A DNA stretch of 64,000 nucleotides from Gammaproteobacteria bacterium (GTDB taxonomy: Bacteria; Pseudomonadota; Gammaproteobacteria; Steroidobacterales; Foliamicaceae): positions 71,037 through 135,036 of the forward strand of contig OZ220471.1 in assembly GCA_965115835.1 (NCBI GenBank), in the 5' to 3' direction. The notes below the pieces were generated by a model. The model did not search any database. It was given only the letters and a program-made list of their open reading frames with translations, and was not told the DNA's origin. The translations under genes and the position numbers were made by a program. Of this stretch, positions 10,834 to 24,647 are shown one piece after another (position 1 is the stretch's first letter; each line of letters opens with the position of its first letter).

Positions 10834-11108
10834 GAGAGGGGCCGCCCGGATCCGTCGCCGGATTCCGGAATTTCGGGCGGGGGATGTCGTGCGCTCGCGA
10901 GGATGAACGTGGCGTGGCCCGGGAGCGGAACGGGCGCATGTGTGCGCAAGCGTGGCGGAATCGTTCGCAAACCGCAAGGGACGAGCGCCCTGTTCGGTCG
11001 TCCGTTGCAGGGGTTGTGAAAAACACGGGATCGGACAAGGCGCTGCAAGACGGCGGCTCGGTGAGACATGCGGGTTAGAATCGCAGGCCCGGCCGGACCC
11101 CACTGCGT

Positions 11109-12065
11109 ATGGATTCCTTTCTTGATTTCGAGCAGCCTGTCGCCGAGCTGGAAAGCAAGATCGAGCAACTGAGGCTCCTCGATAACGATTCCGGCGTGGA
11201 TGTGGCTGCGGAGATCGAGCAACTCGAGCGCAGCAGCCGGTCGTTGACGCGCAACATCTACCGCAAGCTCACGCCCTGGCAGACCGCGCAGGTGGCTCGT
11301 CATCCCGCCCGCCCGTACTGCCTGGACTATATCGCCGGCATGAGCGCGGATTTTCAGGAGCTGCACGGCGACCGGATGTATGCCGACGACCTCGCCCTGA
11401 TCGGCGGCCCGGGGCGTATCGACGCAACGCCGGTCATGTTCATCGGTCACCAGAAAGGGCGCAATACCGCCTCCAGGGTGCGGCGCAACTATGGCATGGC
11501 TCGCCCGGAGGGCTACCGCAAGGCCCAACGTTTGATGAAACTTGCGGAGAAATTCCGATTGCCGGTGGTGACATTGATCGATACGCCCGGCGCTTATCCG
11601 GGCATCGGCGCCGAAGAGCGCGGTCAGAGCGAGGCCATCGCCTCAAGCCTGAGCGGCATGGTGGCCCTCGAGACCCCGATCATCAGCGCCATAATCGGCG
11701 AGGGCGGCTCGGGAGGCGCGCTCGCTATCGGCGTGGCGGATGTCGTCATCATGCTGCAATACAGCATTTACTCGGTGATTTCGCCGGAAGGCTGCGCCAG
11801 TATCCTGTGGAAGAGCGCCGAGCACGCCAGCGAGGCGGCGGACGCCATGGGCATAACCGCCAATCGACTCCTGCGCCTGAAGCTGGTCGACGAAGTGCTG
11901 GAAGAGCCGTTGGGCGGCGCCCACCGCGATTCCTCCGCAGTGGTCGCCACCCTCAAGAAAGCGATCGGCAAACACCTGTTCCGGTTGGCCCGGCTGGATA
12001 CCTCGCAACTGCTCGAACGGCGCCAGCAGCGGCTGCTCGGCTACGGGGTGTTCCGGGAGGGTTGA
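11109..12065 (+). CDS. accA: acetyl-CoA carboxylase carboxyltransferase alpha subunit
   Basis: [22 protein letters not shown]..., [19 protein letters not shown] and [17 protein letters not shown] are hallmark AccA sequences. Confidence 0.95.
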   Translation: MDSFLDFEQPVAELESKIEQLRLLDNDSGVDVAAEIEQLERSSRSLTRNIYRKLTPWQTAQVARHPARPYCLDYIAGMSADFQELHGDRMYADDLALIGGPGRIDATPVMFIGHQKGRNTASRVRRNYGMARPEGYRKAQRLMKLAEKFRLPVVTLIDTPGAYPGIGAEERGQSEAIASSLSGMVALETPIISAIIGEGGSGGALAIGVADVVIMLQYSIYSVISPEGCASILWKSAEHASEAADAMGITANRLLRLKLVDEVLEEPLGGAHRDSSAVVATLKKAIGKHLFRLARLDTSQLLERRQQRLLGYGVFREG

Positions 12066-12309
12066 CGCATGTCCCGTCCGGGCCGGCGGCAGGGAACCTC
12101 CGCGGCCCGGCAACGGCGCCGCCCTTCCGCCGCGTTGCACGGAAGGGCGCATCCGCGAGGACGCCATGCCTGTCGGGGCAGGCACAATACAGGCAGTCAC
12201 CGGGAGGAACACATGATCGCGAACATCAATCGACGCCTGTTGCCGGCTGCCTGCCGGCAACAGCGGTAAGCCTGCGATCGAGACGGTTCCGGAGATCCTC
12301 GAGGCGGCG

Positions 12310-15019
<2,710 letters not shown>

Positions 15020-15025
15020 TCGCCA

Positions 15026-15892
15026 ATGGCGTTGCCGTCGGGCGCCGGCAGGGCTGAGGTGGCCGGTATTGTCGCCGGACTCGATCGGCCGCTTTTCCTG
15101 ATTGCCGGCGCCTGCGTGATCGAGTCGCAGGATTCGGCTCTCGAGATTGCCGGCCACCTGGCGGAAGTCAGCCGCGAACTCGGTTTCGCACTGATCTACA
15201 AATCGTCCTTCGACAAGGCCAACCGGTCCTCGCTTTCCGGTTTCCGGGGCCACGGCATGGAACGGGGTTTGCGGATACTCGAGCAGGTCAAGGCCGAGAT
15301 CGGTGTTCCGGTGCTCACCGATGTGCATGAGAGCACCCCCATGGACGAGGTGGCCGCGGTTGCGGATGTGCTGCAAACGCCGGCGCTCCTGTGCCGGCAG
15401 ACCGACTTCATACTGCGCGCCGCGGCGGCGGGAAGGCCGCTCAACATCAAGAAGGGTCAGTTCCTTTCTCCGGCGGAAATGGGCAATGTGGTCGAGAAGG
15501 CCCGTTCCACCGGCAATCCGTCCATCCTGGTGTGCGAACGGGGCTTTGTGTTCGGCTATAACAACCTCGTGGTGGATATGCGCTCGCTGGCCGAGCTGCG
15601 CGCCACCCGCTGTCCCGTTGTGTTCGACTGCACCCACTCGGTACAGTTGCCCGGCGCCCGGGGCAAGTCGTCGGGCGGGCAGCGCGAGTTCGTGCCGCTG
15701 CTGGCGCGAGCGGCCGTGGGCGCGGGCATTGCCGGGCTCTTCATGGAAACTCACCCGCGCCCCGACGAGGCCCTGAGCGACGGCCCCAATGCCTGGCCGC
15801 TGCACCGGGTGCGCGAGCTGATGGAATCGCTCCTCGAACTGGACCGGACGGTCAAGTCACGTCCCCTGGCCGAGGGCTCGTGTCTCGCATAG
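15026..15892 (+). CDS. kdsA: 3-deoxy-8-phosphooctulonate (KDO8P) synthase
   Basis: [22 protein letters not shown]..., [10 protein letters not shown] and CTHSVQLPG are characteristic of KdsA. Confidence 0.9.
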   Translation: MALPSGAGRAEVAGIVAGLDRPLFLIAGACVIESQDSALEIAGHLAEVSRELGFALIYKSSFDKANRSSLSGFRGHGMERGLRILEQVKAEIGVPVLTDVHESTPMDEVAAVADVLQTPALLCRQTDFILRAAAAGRPLNIKKGQFLSPAEMGNVVEKARSTGNPSILVCERGFVFGYNNLVVDMRSLAELRATRCPVVFDCTHSVQLPGARGKSSGGQREFVPLLARAAVGAGIAGLFMETHPRPDEALSDGPNAWPLHRVRELMESLLELDRTVKSRPLAEGSCLA

Positions 15893-17178
15893 TCCGCATC
15901 CACGCGCGCGAGATCCTGGATTCGCGCGGCCACCCCACGCTGGAAGCCGAGGTGGGGCTCGCTTGCGGCGCCTCCGGGAGGGCGGCCGTGCCCTCCGGCG
16001 CTTCCACCGGGGCGCGCGAGGCTGTTGAATTGCGCGATGCGGATGAGGCCCGCTATGGCGGTCGCGGGGTGCGCCGGGCCGTGGGGCGCGTAAACGGGGA
16101 GATCCGCGACGCGCTGCTCGGTATGGACGGCGCCTGCCAGCAGGCGCTGGATTCGCGCATGGTGGAACGGGACGGGACCGCCAACCGCTCGAGGCTGGGC
16201 GCCAATGCCATGCTTGCGGTTTCGCTGGCCTGCGCCCGCGCCGCCGCCGCCGCCTCGGACATGCCGCTGTACCGGCGCTTGGGCGAAGGAACGCCGTTGC
16301 TGCCCACGCCGATGATGAATGTCGTCAACGGCGGCGCCCACGCCGACAACCGCCTCGATGTGCAGGAGTTCATGATCCTGCCGGTGGGCGCGAGCGATTT
16401 CTCCGAAGCCTTGCGCTGGGGGGTGGAGGTTTACCATGCGCTCAAGGAGCTCTTGCGCCGCTCGGGCCGTTCCACGGCGGTGGGCGATGAGGGCGGATTC
16501 GCCCCGGACCTGCCGTCCAGCGCTGCGGTTCTGGAAGTTCTGGTCGAAGCAATTTGCAAGGCGGGTTTTTCGGCGCCCGGCGATTTCCTGCTGGGGCTGG
16601 ATGTGGCCGCCAGCGAGTTGTACGAGGATGGCGTCTATGCGCTCCCGGGCGAAGGCCGCAGGTTCGATGCCGGCGACTTCGCGGGATGGCTTGGAGAGCT
16701 GGCGGCCGCCTACCCCTTGGCGAGCATCGAGGACGGTATGGCCGAGGACGACTGGCGCGGGTGGGAGACCCTGTCGCGGAGCCTCGGAGGCAAGGCGCAG
16801 TTGGTGGGGGACGACCTGTTCGTTACGCAAACGGCGATTCTCGACGAGGGCGTCAAGCGCCGGATCGGCAACGCAATCCTGATCAAGCCCAATCAGGTGG
16901 GCACACTCACGGAGACGCTGGCGGCCGTGGATGCGGCCGTGGCTGCGGGCTACGCGGCGGTGGTTTCGCATCGGTCGGGAGAAACAGCCGACACCTTTAT
17001 CGCCGATCTGGCAGTGGGGTCGGCGGCTACCCAGATCAAGACGGGCGCCCCCTGTCGCTCGGACCGCACGGAAAAGTACAACCGTTTGCTCAGGATTGCC
17101 GAACAACTGGGCGACAAGGCGGCGTATGCCGGCCTGTGCGCCTTTCCCGCCCACGTGAGCGCGCGCCATGCGGGCTAG
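15880..17178 (+). CDS. eno: enolase
   Basis: GTG at 15880 gives (M)[24 protein letters not shown]. ...[18 protein letters not shown]... are enolase signatures. Confidence 0.95.
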   Translation: MSRIVRIHAREILDSRGHPTLEAEVGLACGASGRAAVPSGASTGAREAVELRDADEARYGGRGVRRAVGRVNGEIRDALLGMDGACQQALDSRMVERDGTANRSRLGANAMLAVSLACARAAAAASDMPLYRRLGEGTPLLPTPMMNVVNGGAHADNRLDVQEFMILPVGASDFSEALRWGVEVYHALKELLRRSGRSTAVGDEGGFAPDLPSSAAVLEVLVEAICKAGFSAPGDFLLGLDVAASELYEDGVYALPGEGRRFDAGDFAGWLGELAAAYPLASIEDGMAEDDWRGWETLSRSLGGKAQLVGDDLFVTQTAILDEGVKRRIGNAILIKPNQVGTLTETLAAVDAAVAAGYAAVVSHRSGETADTFIADLAVGSAATQIKTGAPCRSDRTEKYNRLLRIAEQLGDKAAYAGLCAFPAHVSARHAG

Positions 17179-17503
17179 GTGGGTCGCCATTCTGCTTGGC
17201 GTACTGGCCCTGGCCGCGCTGCAATATCCGCTGTGGCTTGCCGACGACGGGCTGCTCGGTCTTTTCGAGGCGCAAGGGGAGCTGGCCAGGCAGGAGCAGG
17301 ACAATGCGGCGTTGCGGGAACGCAACCGGCGGCTGGTCGCGGAGGTCGAGGACCTCCGGCAGGGCGTGGAGGAAATCGAACGTCTTGCCCGCTCCGAGCT
17401 GGGCATGGTGGGTCCGGATGAAACGATGTACCTTCTGGTCGAGGAAGCGCCGCAGAACGAGACGCCTTCCGCTTCCGGCGCAGCGGCGGATACACAGGAG
17501 TAG
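17168..17503 (+). CDS. ftsB: cell division protein FtsB
   Basis: It has a single N-terminal TM segment and a coiled coil ([35 protein letters not shown]), then [12 protein letters not shown]. Its position after eno is canonical. Confidence 0.85.
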   Translation: MRARWVAILLGVLALAALQYPLWLADDGLLGLFEAQGELARQEQDNAALRERNRRLVAEVEDLRQGVEEIERLARSELGMVGPDETMYLLVEEAPQNETPSASGAAADTQE

Positions 17504-17512
17504 GGTTCGTAC

Positions 17513-18256
17513 GTGCGTGTTCTGCTTTCCAATGACGACGGCTATCGCGCCGAGGGTCTGCAGGCCCTGGAGCGTGCGCTGCTGGGCCAGGCCGAGATCA
17601 TGATTGTGGCGCCCGAGCGCAACCACAGCGGCGCCAGCAATTCGCTGACGCTGTTTGAGCCGCTGCGGCTGACGCAGCTGGGGAAGCATCGCTGGTACTG
17701 CTCCGGCACGCCCACGGACTGTGTGCATGTCGCCATCACCGGACTGCTGCCGGAAGATCCCGACATGGTGTTTTCGGGAATCAATCACGGCCCGAATCTG
17801 GGCGATGACGTTTTGTACTCCGGCACGGTGGCTGCCGCGATGGAAGCGCGGGTGCTCGATGTGCCTGCGGTGGCGGTTTCGGTCGCCGGCTATCCGCCCG
17901 TGAACTTTGCGGCTGCGGAGCGCGCGGTAAGCGAGTTGTTCGAGCGGCTGAGCAGGAGCCCGCCTCCCGGCAACCTGCTTTTGAACGTGAATGTGCCCGA
18001 CCTGCCCTGGCGGGAGATCCGCGGGTTCAAGCTGACGCGGCTGGGACACCGGCACAAGGCGGCGCGCGTGAAAGTATCCGATGACCCCTACGGCGGCCAG
18101 CTTTACTGGATGGGTCTTCCGGGGCACGGCCTTGACGCCGGTCCCGGCACCGACTTCCTTGCCGTGCGCGATGGCTGGGTTTCGGTCACGCCGCTTCAGT
18201 GCGACCTGACCGACCACAACCGTCTCGAGGTAATGGGCGACTGGTTGCAGTTATGA
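17513..18256 (+). CDS. surE: 5'/3'-nucleotidase SurE
   Basis: (M)RVLLSNDDGYRAEGLQALERAL, GINHGPNLGDDVLYSGTVAAAMEA. Confidence 0.9.
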   Translation: MRVLLSNDDGYRAEGLQALERALLGQAEIMIVAPERNHSGASNSLTLFEPLRLTQLGKHRWYCSGTPTDCVHVAITGLLPEDPDMVFSGINHGPNLGDDVLYSGTVAAAMEARVLDVPAVAVSVAGYPPVNFAAAERAVSELFERLSRSPPPGNLLLNVNVPDLPWREIRGFKLTRLGHRHKAARVKVSDDPYGGQLYWMGLPGHGLDAGPGTDFLAVRDGWVSVTPLQCDLTDHNRLEVMGDWLQL

Positions 18257-18945
18257 GCCGCCCGCATGCGGTCCCGCACCGGCGCAGCGGAATCGGCCTG
18301 ACCTCGGCCCGGGCGCGCAACCGGCTGGCCGGGCAAATTCGCCAGCGCGGGATTCGAAGCCCGGAAATTCTGGAGCAGATCGGACGCACGCCGCGCCACC
18401 TTTTCATCGACGAGGCGCTGGAGCGCTTTGCCTACAAGGACAATGCGCTCCCTATCGGTTCGGGGCAGACCATCTCGCAACCATACGTGGTGGCGCTCAT
18501 GACTCAGGCCCTGCTGATGGACGACGACGGCCGGATGCGGCGCCCCGGAAAGGTGCTGGAAGTGGGAAGCGGCTCCGGTTACCAGACCGCCATTCTGGCC
18601 CCGCTGGTGGGCCAGTTGTTCAGCATCGAGCGCATACGGGCGCTGCTGGAATCGTCCCGGCCGCTGATCCGGGAGTTGGGCTGCCGGAACGTTCGCTTTC
18701 GCCATGGCGACGGCATGCTGGGCTGGCCGGGGCAGGCCCCTTTCGACGGTATCCTGGTGGCGGCAGGCGCTTCCGCCGTACCCCGCGCCTTGCTTGACCA
18801 GCTTGCGCCGGGTGGCCGGCTGGTCATTCCGGTGGGCAGCCATGACCGCCAGGAGTTGCTCCGCATCGAGCGCGCCGCCAGCGGCGAAGTGCGCGAGAAT
18901 CTGGCGCCTGTGGCCTTCGTTCCGCTGTTGCCGGGCCAGGAATGA
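18253..18945 (+). CDS. pcm: protein-L-isoaspartate O-methyltransferase
   Basis: ATG 18253 overlaps the surE stop (ATGA). It carries TISQPYVVALMTQAL and the SAM motif VLEVGSGSGYQTAILA. Confidence 0.9.
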   Translation: MSRPHAVPHRRSGIGLTSARARNRLAGQIRQRGIRSPEILEQIGRTPRHLFIDEALERFAYKDNALPIGSGQTISQPYVVALMTQALLMDDDGRMRRPGKVLEVGSGSGYQTAILAPLVGQLFSIERIRALLESSRPLIRELGCRNVRFRHGDGMLGWPGQAPFDGILVAAGASAVPRALLDQLAPGGRLVIPVGSHDRQELLRIERAASGEVRENLAPVAFVPLLPGQE

Positions 18946-19541
18946 ACCCGGAGGGCGCAACCGTGCATGGATGGACCCGCTTCATCGACCGGGTCGTGGG
19001 CTGGGCGCGGTTGCCCCGGGCGCCGGTCGTGCTGTGCGCCGTGAGCTTCGCCGAGTCGATCTTCTTTCCGGTCGCCGTGGACGTGATGCTGGTTCCGATG
19101 TGCGCGGCCAACCCCGGGAAGTGGATGCGTTTTGCCGCGCTCGCCACCGCGTTCTCGGTGGCCGGCGGTCTGGCTGGCCTGCTGCTGGGATATCTGGCGG
19201 TTGACGCTGCAATGCCCTGGATCGAAAACATGGGCTGGGGAGACGAGTACGCCCGGGTGGAGAGCTGGTATCGGCGCTGGGGCCATCTGGCGCTGGTTCT
19301 GGGGGCGTTTTCGCCGCTGCCCTACAAGGTGTTCGCCATCTCCGCCGGCGGCATGCACATGGATGCCGGCGCCTTTCTGGCCGCTTCCCTGATCGGACGG
19401 GGTTTGCGCTTCTTTCTCGTTGCCGCGCTCGCCGGCTGGTTCGGACCCAGGGCCCTTGCGGCCCTTCGTTATTCGGATACGCTCGGCTGGGTGCTTGCTG
19501 GCCTCATTCTGGCCGGGGTTGCGCTATGGTGGTATCTGTGA
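18942..19541 (+). CDS. YqaA/DedA-type (SNARE-associated) inner membrane protein
   Basis: It is multi-TM with FAESIFFPVAVDVMLVPM and SPLPYKVFAISAGGM, which resemble the YqaA family. Confidence 0.7.
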   Translation: MNPEGATVHGWTRFIDRVVGWARLPRAPVVLCAVSFAESIFFPVAVDVMLVPMCAANPGKWMRFAALATAFSVAGGLAGLLLGYLAVDAAMPWIENMGWGDEYARVESWYRRWGHLALVLGAFSPLPYKVFAISAGGMHMDAGAFLAASLIGRGLRFFLVAALAGWFGPRALAALRYSDTLGWVLAGLILAGVALWWYL

Positions 19542-20476
19542 ACCTTTTTCCCGCTTGTCGAAGCGCCCTGCTTGCGTGCGCCGCGCTTGGCGGAACCCTG
19601 ATCCTCGCTGGCTGCTGGGGCTGGATTCCCGAAGACCCGTCGCCGGGACCCGCGCCGGGAACGGCAGGGGCGGAGGCGCCTGCGCCGGCAGCGAAGCCGG
19701 CGCAACGCGGCGTTGCGGCCCGGCCTGCTCAGGCGCCCGAGACCTATCGGGTCGTTTCCGGCGACACGCTTTTTTCGATCGCCTGGCGATTCCGGCTGAC
19801 GGTGAGCGATCTCGCCGCCTGGAACAAACTGGGCGACGGCACGCTCATATTCGTGGGTCAGCGGCTCAGGCTCACGCCTCCGCCAGGCTACGCAGGCGCT
19901 CCCGGCGCCGCGGCCGGCGCCGGGACGGCCGCAACCCGTACCTCTCCCGCGCCCGGGAAAACCGCAGCCTCCGGCGCGGGGTCGGAGAAAGCGGCAAGGC
20001 CCCGACCTGCAACCGAAGCCGCTGCTTCCCGGTCATCGGCGCCGGATTCGGGAACACTTCCGGCTTCCGGAGCAGCCGCGCCTTCCCGCCCCGCAAAGGG
20101 TGGCGGGAAATGGCGCTGGCCTGCGGAAGGCCGTGTGGACAAAAAAGGCGCGCGGGTCCGCGCCGACGATTACGGGATTCGGATCATGGGACAACAGGGC
20201 CAGAACGTTTACGCGACCGACAGCGGCAAGGTCATGTATGCCGGAGACGGTCTCAAGGCGTACGGCCTGCTGGTTATCGTCCAGCATAGCTCCGAATGGC
20301 TCAGCGCCTACGGGCACAATGAAAGGATCCTGGTCAAGGAGGGTGACGAGGTGAAGGCTGGCCAGCCCATCGCCACCATGGGCGTTGGCCCGGCCAACAC
20401 CGCAATGCTGCACTTCGAGATCCGCCGCAACGGCAAGCCTGTCGAACCCATGGGCCTCTTGCCGCCCCGCAATTGA
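19526..20476 (+). CDS. nlpD: LysM/M23-peptidase lipoprotein NlpD
   Basis: Lipobox LILAGC, LysM domain (YRVVSGDTLFSIAWRFRLTVSDLAAWNKL), a Pro/Ala-rich linker, and an M23 domain (YGHNERILVKEGDEVKAGQPIATMG...MLHFEIRRNGKPVEP). Confidence 0.85.
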   Translation: MVVSVNLFPACRSALLACAALGGTLILAGCWGWIPEDPSPGPAPGTAGAEAPAPAAKPAQRGVAARPAQAPETYRVVSGDTLFSIAWRFRLTVSDLAAWNKLGDGTLIFVGQRLRLTPPPGYAGAPGAAAGAGTAATRTSPAPGKTAASGAGSEKAARPRPATEAAASRSSAPDSGTLPASGAAAPSRPAKGGGKWRWPAEGRVDKKGARVRADDYGIRIMGQQGQNVYATDSGKVMYAGDGLKAYGLLVIVQHSSEWLSAYGHNERILVKEGDEVKAGQPIATMGVGPANTAMLHFEIRRNGKPVEPMGLLPPRN

Positions 20477-20546
20477 GGCGTTCTCCTCTGGTCCGTATGT
20501 GCTACATTTTGCGTCTTCAAGAACAGGAATCGGAGGCGCGAGAACC

Positions 20547-22175
20547 ATGAAAGGCCTGATGATGGATTACCCGCTGACCGTCACCAGCTTGATGCGCCAT
20601 GTGGATGCTCAGCACGGTGCGTCCGAGGTCTTCTCGCTGACTGTCGAGAACCCGGCCCATCGCACCACCTATTCCGAAATTTTCCGGCGCTGCGCGCAAC
20701 TGGCCAATGCGCTGAAGCGCCTGGGCCTGAGTCCGGGGGACAGGGTGGCGACGCTGGCGTGGAACGACTATCGCCATATGGAGCTGTACTACGCGGTTTC
20801 GTGCATGGGCGGGGTTCTGCATACCGTCAACCCCCGGCTTTTCCCGGAGCAGCTGCAATACATCGTCAATCATGCCGGGGATCGCTACGTTTTCGCCGAC
20901 CCCCTGCTCGCGCCGCTGCTGGAAAAGCTGCATCCGGCCTTTCCCGGCGTTCAGCGCCATGTCCTGCTGTGCGGCAAGGATTCCCTGCCGGAGTCTTCCG
21001 TGCCCGGCCTGATCAGTTACGAGGAACTGATTGAGGGAGAAGACGAGACCTACGACTGGCCGGACCTTGACGAGAACACGGCCAGCTCGATGTGCTACAC
21101 CTCCGGAACCACCGGTAATCCCAAGGGCGTTGTGTATTCGCACCGCTCCACGATCCTGCACACCTATGCCAGCGGGTTGTCCGACTCGATCAATCTCAAG
21201 AGCACGGACAGCGTTCTGCCGGTGGTGCCGATGTTTCACGCAAACGCCTGGGGGGTCGTGTACTGCGCGCCCATGGTGGGCAGCAAGCTGGTTCTGCCGG
21301 GTCCCAGGGCGGGCGACCCCGAAGCGCTGGTTGCGATGATGAACGGCGAGCGCGTGGATATTGCGCTGGGCGTGCCCACGGTATGGCTGGGTTTGCTGAA
21401 GTATCTGGACGCCACCGGCAAGCGCCTGGAGTCCCTCAAGACCCTGCTGGTGGGCGGTGCGGCCTGCCCGCGCTCGATGATGGAGGGCTTCGGCGAGCGC
21501 CATGGCATCCACGTTTGCCACGCCTGGGGCATGACCGAAATGAGCCCCCTGGGCAGCGTCAATGCGCCAACAGCCGGCTCCGCGAAACTCGATGCGGACG
21601 CTCTCCTGGAGCAGCGTCTGACCCAGGGGCGGGCGCCCTATGGCGTGGAGATGCGTCTGGTGGACGACGAGGGCAAGGAACTGCCCAGGGACGGCAAGGC
21701 GGTTGGCCGCTTGCAGGTGCGCGGTTCCTGGGTTGCCAGCCACTATTACCGGACGGAGGAATCCGCGTGCGAGGACGGCTGGTTCGACACCGGCGATGTC
21801 GCCGCCATCGATCCGAACGGCTTCATGAACATCACCGACCGTACCAAGGACCTGATCAAGTCGGGCGGAGAGTGGATCAGTTCCATCGAACTGGAAGACG
21901 TGGCGATGACTCATCCCGCCGTCAGCGAAGCGGCGGTCATAGCAATGCCCAGCAAGAAGTGGACTGAACGGCCCTTGCTGGTGGTGTGCCTCAAGGAAGG
22001 GGCTGAGGTCGAACCGGACGAATTGCTCGCCTGGTTCGAGGGCAAGGTGGCCAGGTGGTGGATACCGGATGGGGTGCGCTTCGTCGATGAGCTGCCGCAC
22101 ACGGCCACCGGCAAGGTGAGCAAGCTCAAGCTCAGGGAACAGTTCGCCGCCCGGCGGCATGCGGCCACCTCTTGA
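20547..22175 (+). CDS. AMP-dependent fatty-acid/acyl-CoA ligase
   Basis: ATG 20547 gives [15 protein letters not shown]. The AMP-binding motif is [18 protein letters not shown], with later [32 protein letters not shown] and a terminal lysine motif ...[13 protein letters not shown]. Confidence 0.85.
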   Translation: MKGLMMDYPLTVTSLMRHVDAQHGASEVFSLTVENPAHRTTYSEIFRRCAQLANALKRLGLSPGDRVATLAWNDYRHMELYYAVSCMGGVLHTVNPRLFPEQLQYIVNHAGDRYVFADPLLAPLLEKLHPAFPGVQRHVLLCGKDSLPESSVPGLISYEELIEGEDETYDWPDLDENTASSMCYTSGTTGNPKGVVYSHRSTILHTYASGLSDSINLKSTDSVLPVVPMFHANAWGVVYCAPMVGSKLVLPGPRAGDPEALVAMMNGERVDIALGVPTVWLGLLKYLDATGKRLESLKTLLVGGAACPRSMMEGFGERHGIHVCHAWGMTEMSPLGSVNAPTAGSAKLDADALLEQRLTQGRAPYGVEMRLVDDEGKELPRDGKAVGRLQVRGSWVASHYYRTEESACEDGWFDTGDVAAIDPNGFMNITDRTKDLIKSGGEWISSIELEDVAMTHPAVSEAAVIAMPSKKWTERPLLVVCLKEGAEVEPDELLAWFEGKVARWWIPDGVRFVDELPHTATGKVSKLKLREQFAARRHAATS

Positions 22176-22537
22176 AGCTGGCGCTGGAATCGCCCGGCGC
22201 CTTGCGGGTGCGCTGGTGGCGCCCCGGGGAGCTGTACATCGGCGAGCAAACCTGGCGGCAGCCGGTTTTGCTGAGCTCTCGTGAAGTGCGTCCCTGGCCG
22301 CTCGGGAACGAACAGCCGATCACGCTGGATAGCCTTGCGCCACTCATCGACGAGCAGCCGGATGTGATCCTGCTCGGCACCGGCGAACGGCAGAGGTTTC
22401 CGGCCCACGAACTCGGCATGGGTCTTCTGCATCTGGGCATCGGGCTGGAGGTGATGGACACGGGCGCCGCATGCCGCACCTGTAACGTGCTGTTGTCCGA
22501 AGGACGCGCGGTAGCCGCTGCCCTGCGCATTCGGTAG
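22172..22537 (+). CDS. Mth938-like (DUF498) domain protein
   Basis: This 121-aa ORF overlaps the ligase stop (TTGA). The pattern ...PDVILLGTGERQRFP...GIGLEVMDTGAACRTCNVLLSEGR... resembles the Mth938/NDUFAF3-like family. Confidence 0.6.
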   Translation: MKLALESPGALRVRWWRPGELYIGEQTWRQPVLLSSREVRPWPLGNEQPITLDSLAPLIDEQPDVILLGTGERQRFPAHELGMGLLHLGIGLEVMDTGAACRTCNVLLSEGRAVAAALRIR

Positions 22538-22582
22538 GGTGTGTGTTGCCTTGCGCGCAGGCTTTGCCGTACGCTGTTGCCC

Positions 22583-23678
22583 ATGGAAACGTCACAATTC
22601 AGGTCCACACTTGCCGATCTCGGCGCGCGGCTGGAAGCCCTGAGGGGGTATCTTTGATTACGCTGGCAAGGTCCGGCGCCTGAGCGAGCTCGACTCCGAA
22701 CTCGGCAATTCTTCCGTCTGGTCCGATGCGCAACGCGCCGGCGCCCTGGGGAGGGAGCGCGCGTCGTTGAAATCGGTTACCGAAGTCCTCGATCGGCTTG
22801 CGGCCGAGGCCGGCGACCTGAGCGAGCTGTTGGAACTGGCGCTTGCGGAGCAGGACGAGGCGGCGCTTGCGGATCTGGGGAAGGGCGTGGAGACGCTGGC
22901 CGCGGAGGTGGAACAACTCGAGTTCCGTCGCATGTTCGGCGGCGAGATGGATGCCGCCGACGCTTTTCTCGAAGTTACCTCCGGCTCGGGCGGCCACGAC
23001 GCCCAGGACTTTGCCGAGATGCTGCTTCGCATGTACCTCAAGTTCTGCGAACAGAACCGTTTCGACGCCGAGCTGATCGAGGCCTCCGGCGGGGAAGTTG
23101 CAGGCGTCAAGAGCGCTACCATTCACGTGCGCGGCGACTACGCCTATGGCTGGCTGCGTACCGAAACCGGCGTTCATCGCCTGGTGCGGAAGTCCCCGTT
23201 TGATTCGGGCGCGCGCCGGCATACCTCTTTCGCCAGCGTGTTCGTGTCGCCCGAGATCAAGGAGGACACGGCGGTGGAGATCAACCCCGGCGACCTGCGC
23301 ATCGATGTGTACCGCGCCAGTGGCGCCGGCGGCCAGCATGTGAACCGCACGGAGTCGGCTGTTCGGATCACGCATCTGCCGACCCGCCTTGTGGTGCAGT
23401 GCCAGAACGAGCGGTCCCAGCACAAGAACCGCGCCACCGCAATGAAACAGCTTCGCGCCAAGTTGTTCGAGCTGGCCGATCGCGAGCGGCGCGCCGAGCA
23501 GCAGGCGCTGGAAGACAGCAAGGCGGACATCGGCTGGGGCAACCAGATCCGCTCCTATGTGCTGGATCAGTCGCGGGTCAAGGATCTCAGAACCGGAGTC
23601 GAATCCGGCAATCCCGCCGCCGTCCTGAATGGCGCGCTGAGTCCGTTTATCGAGGCGAGCTTGAAGCAGGGCGTGTAG
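22583..23678 (+). CDS. prfB: peptide chain release factor 2 (requires programmed +1 frameshift at 22652-22657)
   Basis: Frame 0 reads ATG 22583 [24 protein letters not shown] then TGA at 22655. The +1 frame continues [22 protein letters not shown]... into the 22767-23678 ORF. That ORF carries the SPF tripeptide ([18 protein letters not shown]) and the GGQ motif ([18 protein letters not shown]). Confidence 0.95.
22641..22660 (+). promoter_or_regulatory. prfB autoregulatory +1 frameshift site
   Basis: The sequence TGAGGGGGTATCTTTGATTA contains an internal SD-like AGGGGG, then TAT CTT TGA, the same slippery CTT-TGA arrangement known from E. coli prfB. The frames on both sides were checked by hand. 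Confidence 0.9.
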
Positions 23679-23948
23679 TTTCGCGGTTCGCCGCAAACTG
23701 CGTCCAGGCAGGGTAGTCGCCTGCGAACGGGTTGCGGTGCGTTACATGAGCGAGCGCGTGTGAAGGAACGTTGCAAGCCGAAAACGCAAAAGACCTTTCT
23801 CCGCAATCATGCAAACTGACTCTCGGACCCGGTCAACGTTATCGATACAGCTGACCTGCCAACAGGTCCGGAGAGACGCTGAACGGTGACGAAAGGCGCG
23901 CCTGGCTTGCTTGCCGTTCGGGTCGGGAGTTCCTGATACACTGAAATC

Positions 23949-24647
23949 ATGGCAGACAGCCCAAAGAACAGGGATGCCAACGCCCGGATTCCCGACCTCA
24001 GGGGGCTGAAGGAGTTCGCTCAAAAGAGCGACCGTCAGGATCCTCCCGCCTTCGCGGGGCGCAAGGACCAGATCGCAGGGCTTGCCAAAGACCTGCGCAC
24101 CCGGACGAAAGACTCGATGGCGGGGAAATCCGACGCTTGGGAAGGCGCCGCCTGGCTTTTTCAGGGTGCGCCCGGAGCGGGAAAAACCGCTCTGCTGAGG
24201 CATCTGCAAAACCTGAAGATACAAGCCCCTGCCGGCAACGGATACCTGAAAAGCAAGCGCCATCTGGCCGCCGCCGCCGTTGCCGGTCTTGATGAGTTCC
24301 CGCAAGGCGCCACCCGTTCTCGCATGGCCGGAACTGTGCAGGAAGTATCCGATCGCGCAGGCGGCGCCGGGGCGCACAACGATCTGGCCCTGCCGAAGGG
24401 CATGGACGCTGCGGACTTTGTGGACGGCCTGATGAAGTCAGGCGTCCTGCACGAAGACGCAGACGGATATCTGTCCGTTCCCATCCCTTCGTTTCGCGAT
24501 GTCCTGATAGAACGGTATCCCGCACCGGGTCAGGGCGCAGCCCCCGAAACGGGAAATCCGCCTTCTCCTGCGTCTCTTGAGATCGAAGGGACCAACGGAA
24601 CAAGCCGTGGACGGAGCGAAATCCCGGAGCGCATTCTTGCGATCTGA
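23949..24647 (+). pseudogene. P-loop NTPase remnant (N-terminal Walker A part only), 3' end runs into a dispersed repeat
   Basis: Walker A is LFQGAPGAGKTALLRHL, preceded by PAFAGRKDQIAGL as in STAND/AAA-type ATPases. I see no Walker B or further NTPase motifs in the remaining ~150 aa. The last ~50 codons coincide with a nucleotide-level repeat also found at 62389-62690. Confidence 0.45.

Noticed and set aside
7828-11103. 1091-aa ORF antisense to dnaE
   Set aside because: The reasoning is the same: it lies opposite an unmistakable dnaE, has no recognisable motifs, and its composition is typical of GC-driven open antisense frames.
12120-12149. 10-bp stem hairpin (CGCCCTTCCG...CGGAAGGGCG) downstream of accA as an intrinsic terminator
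   Set aside because: No U-tract follows on the + strand, so I cannot distinguish it from incidental GC-rich secondary structure.
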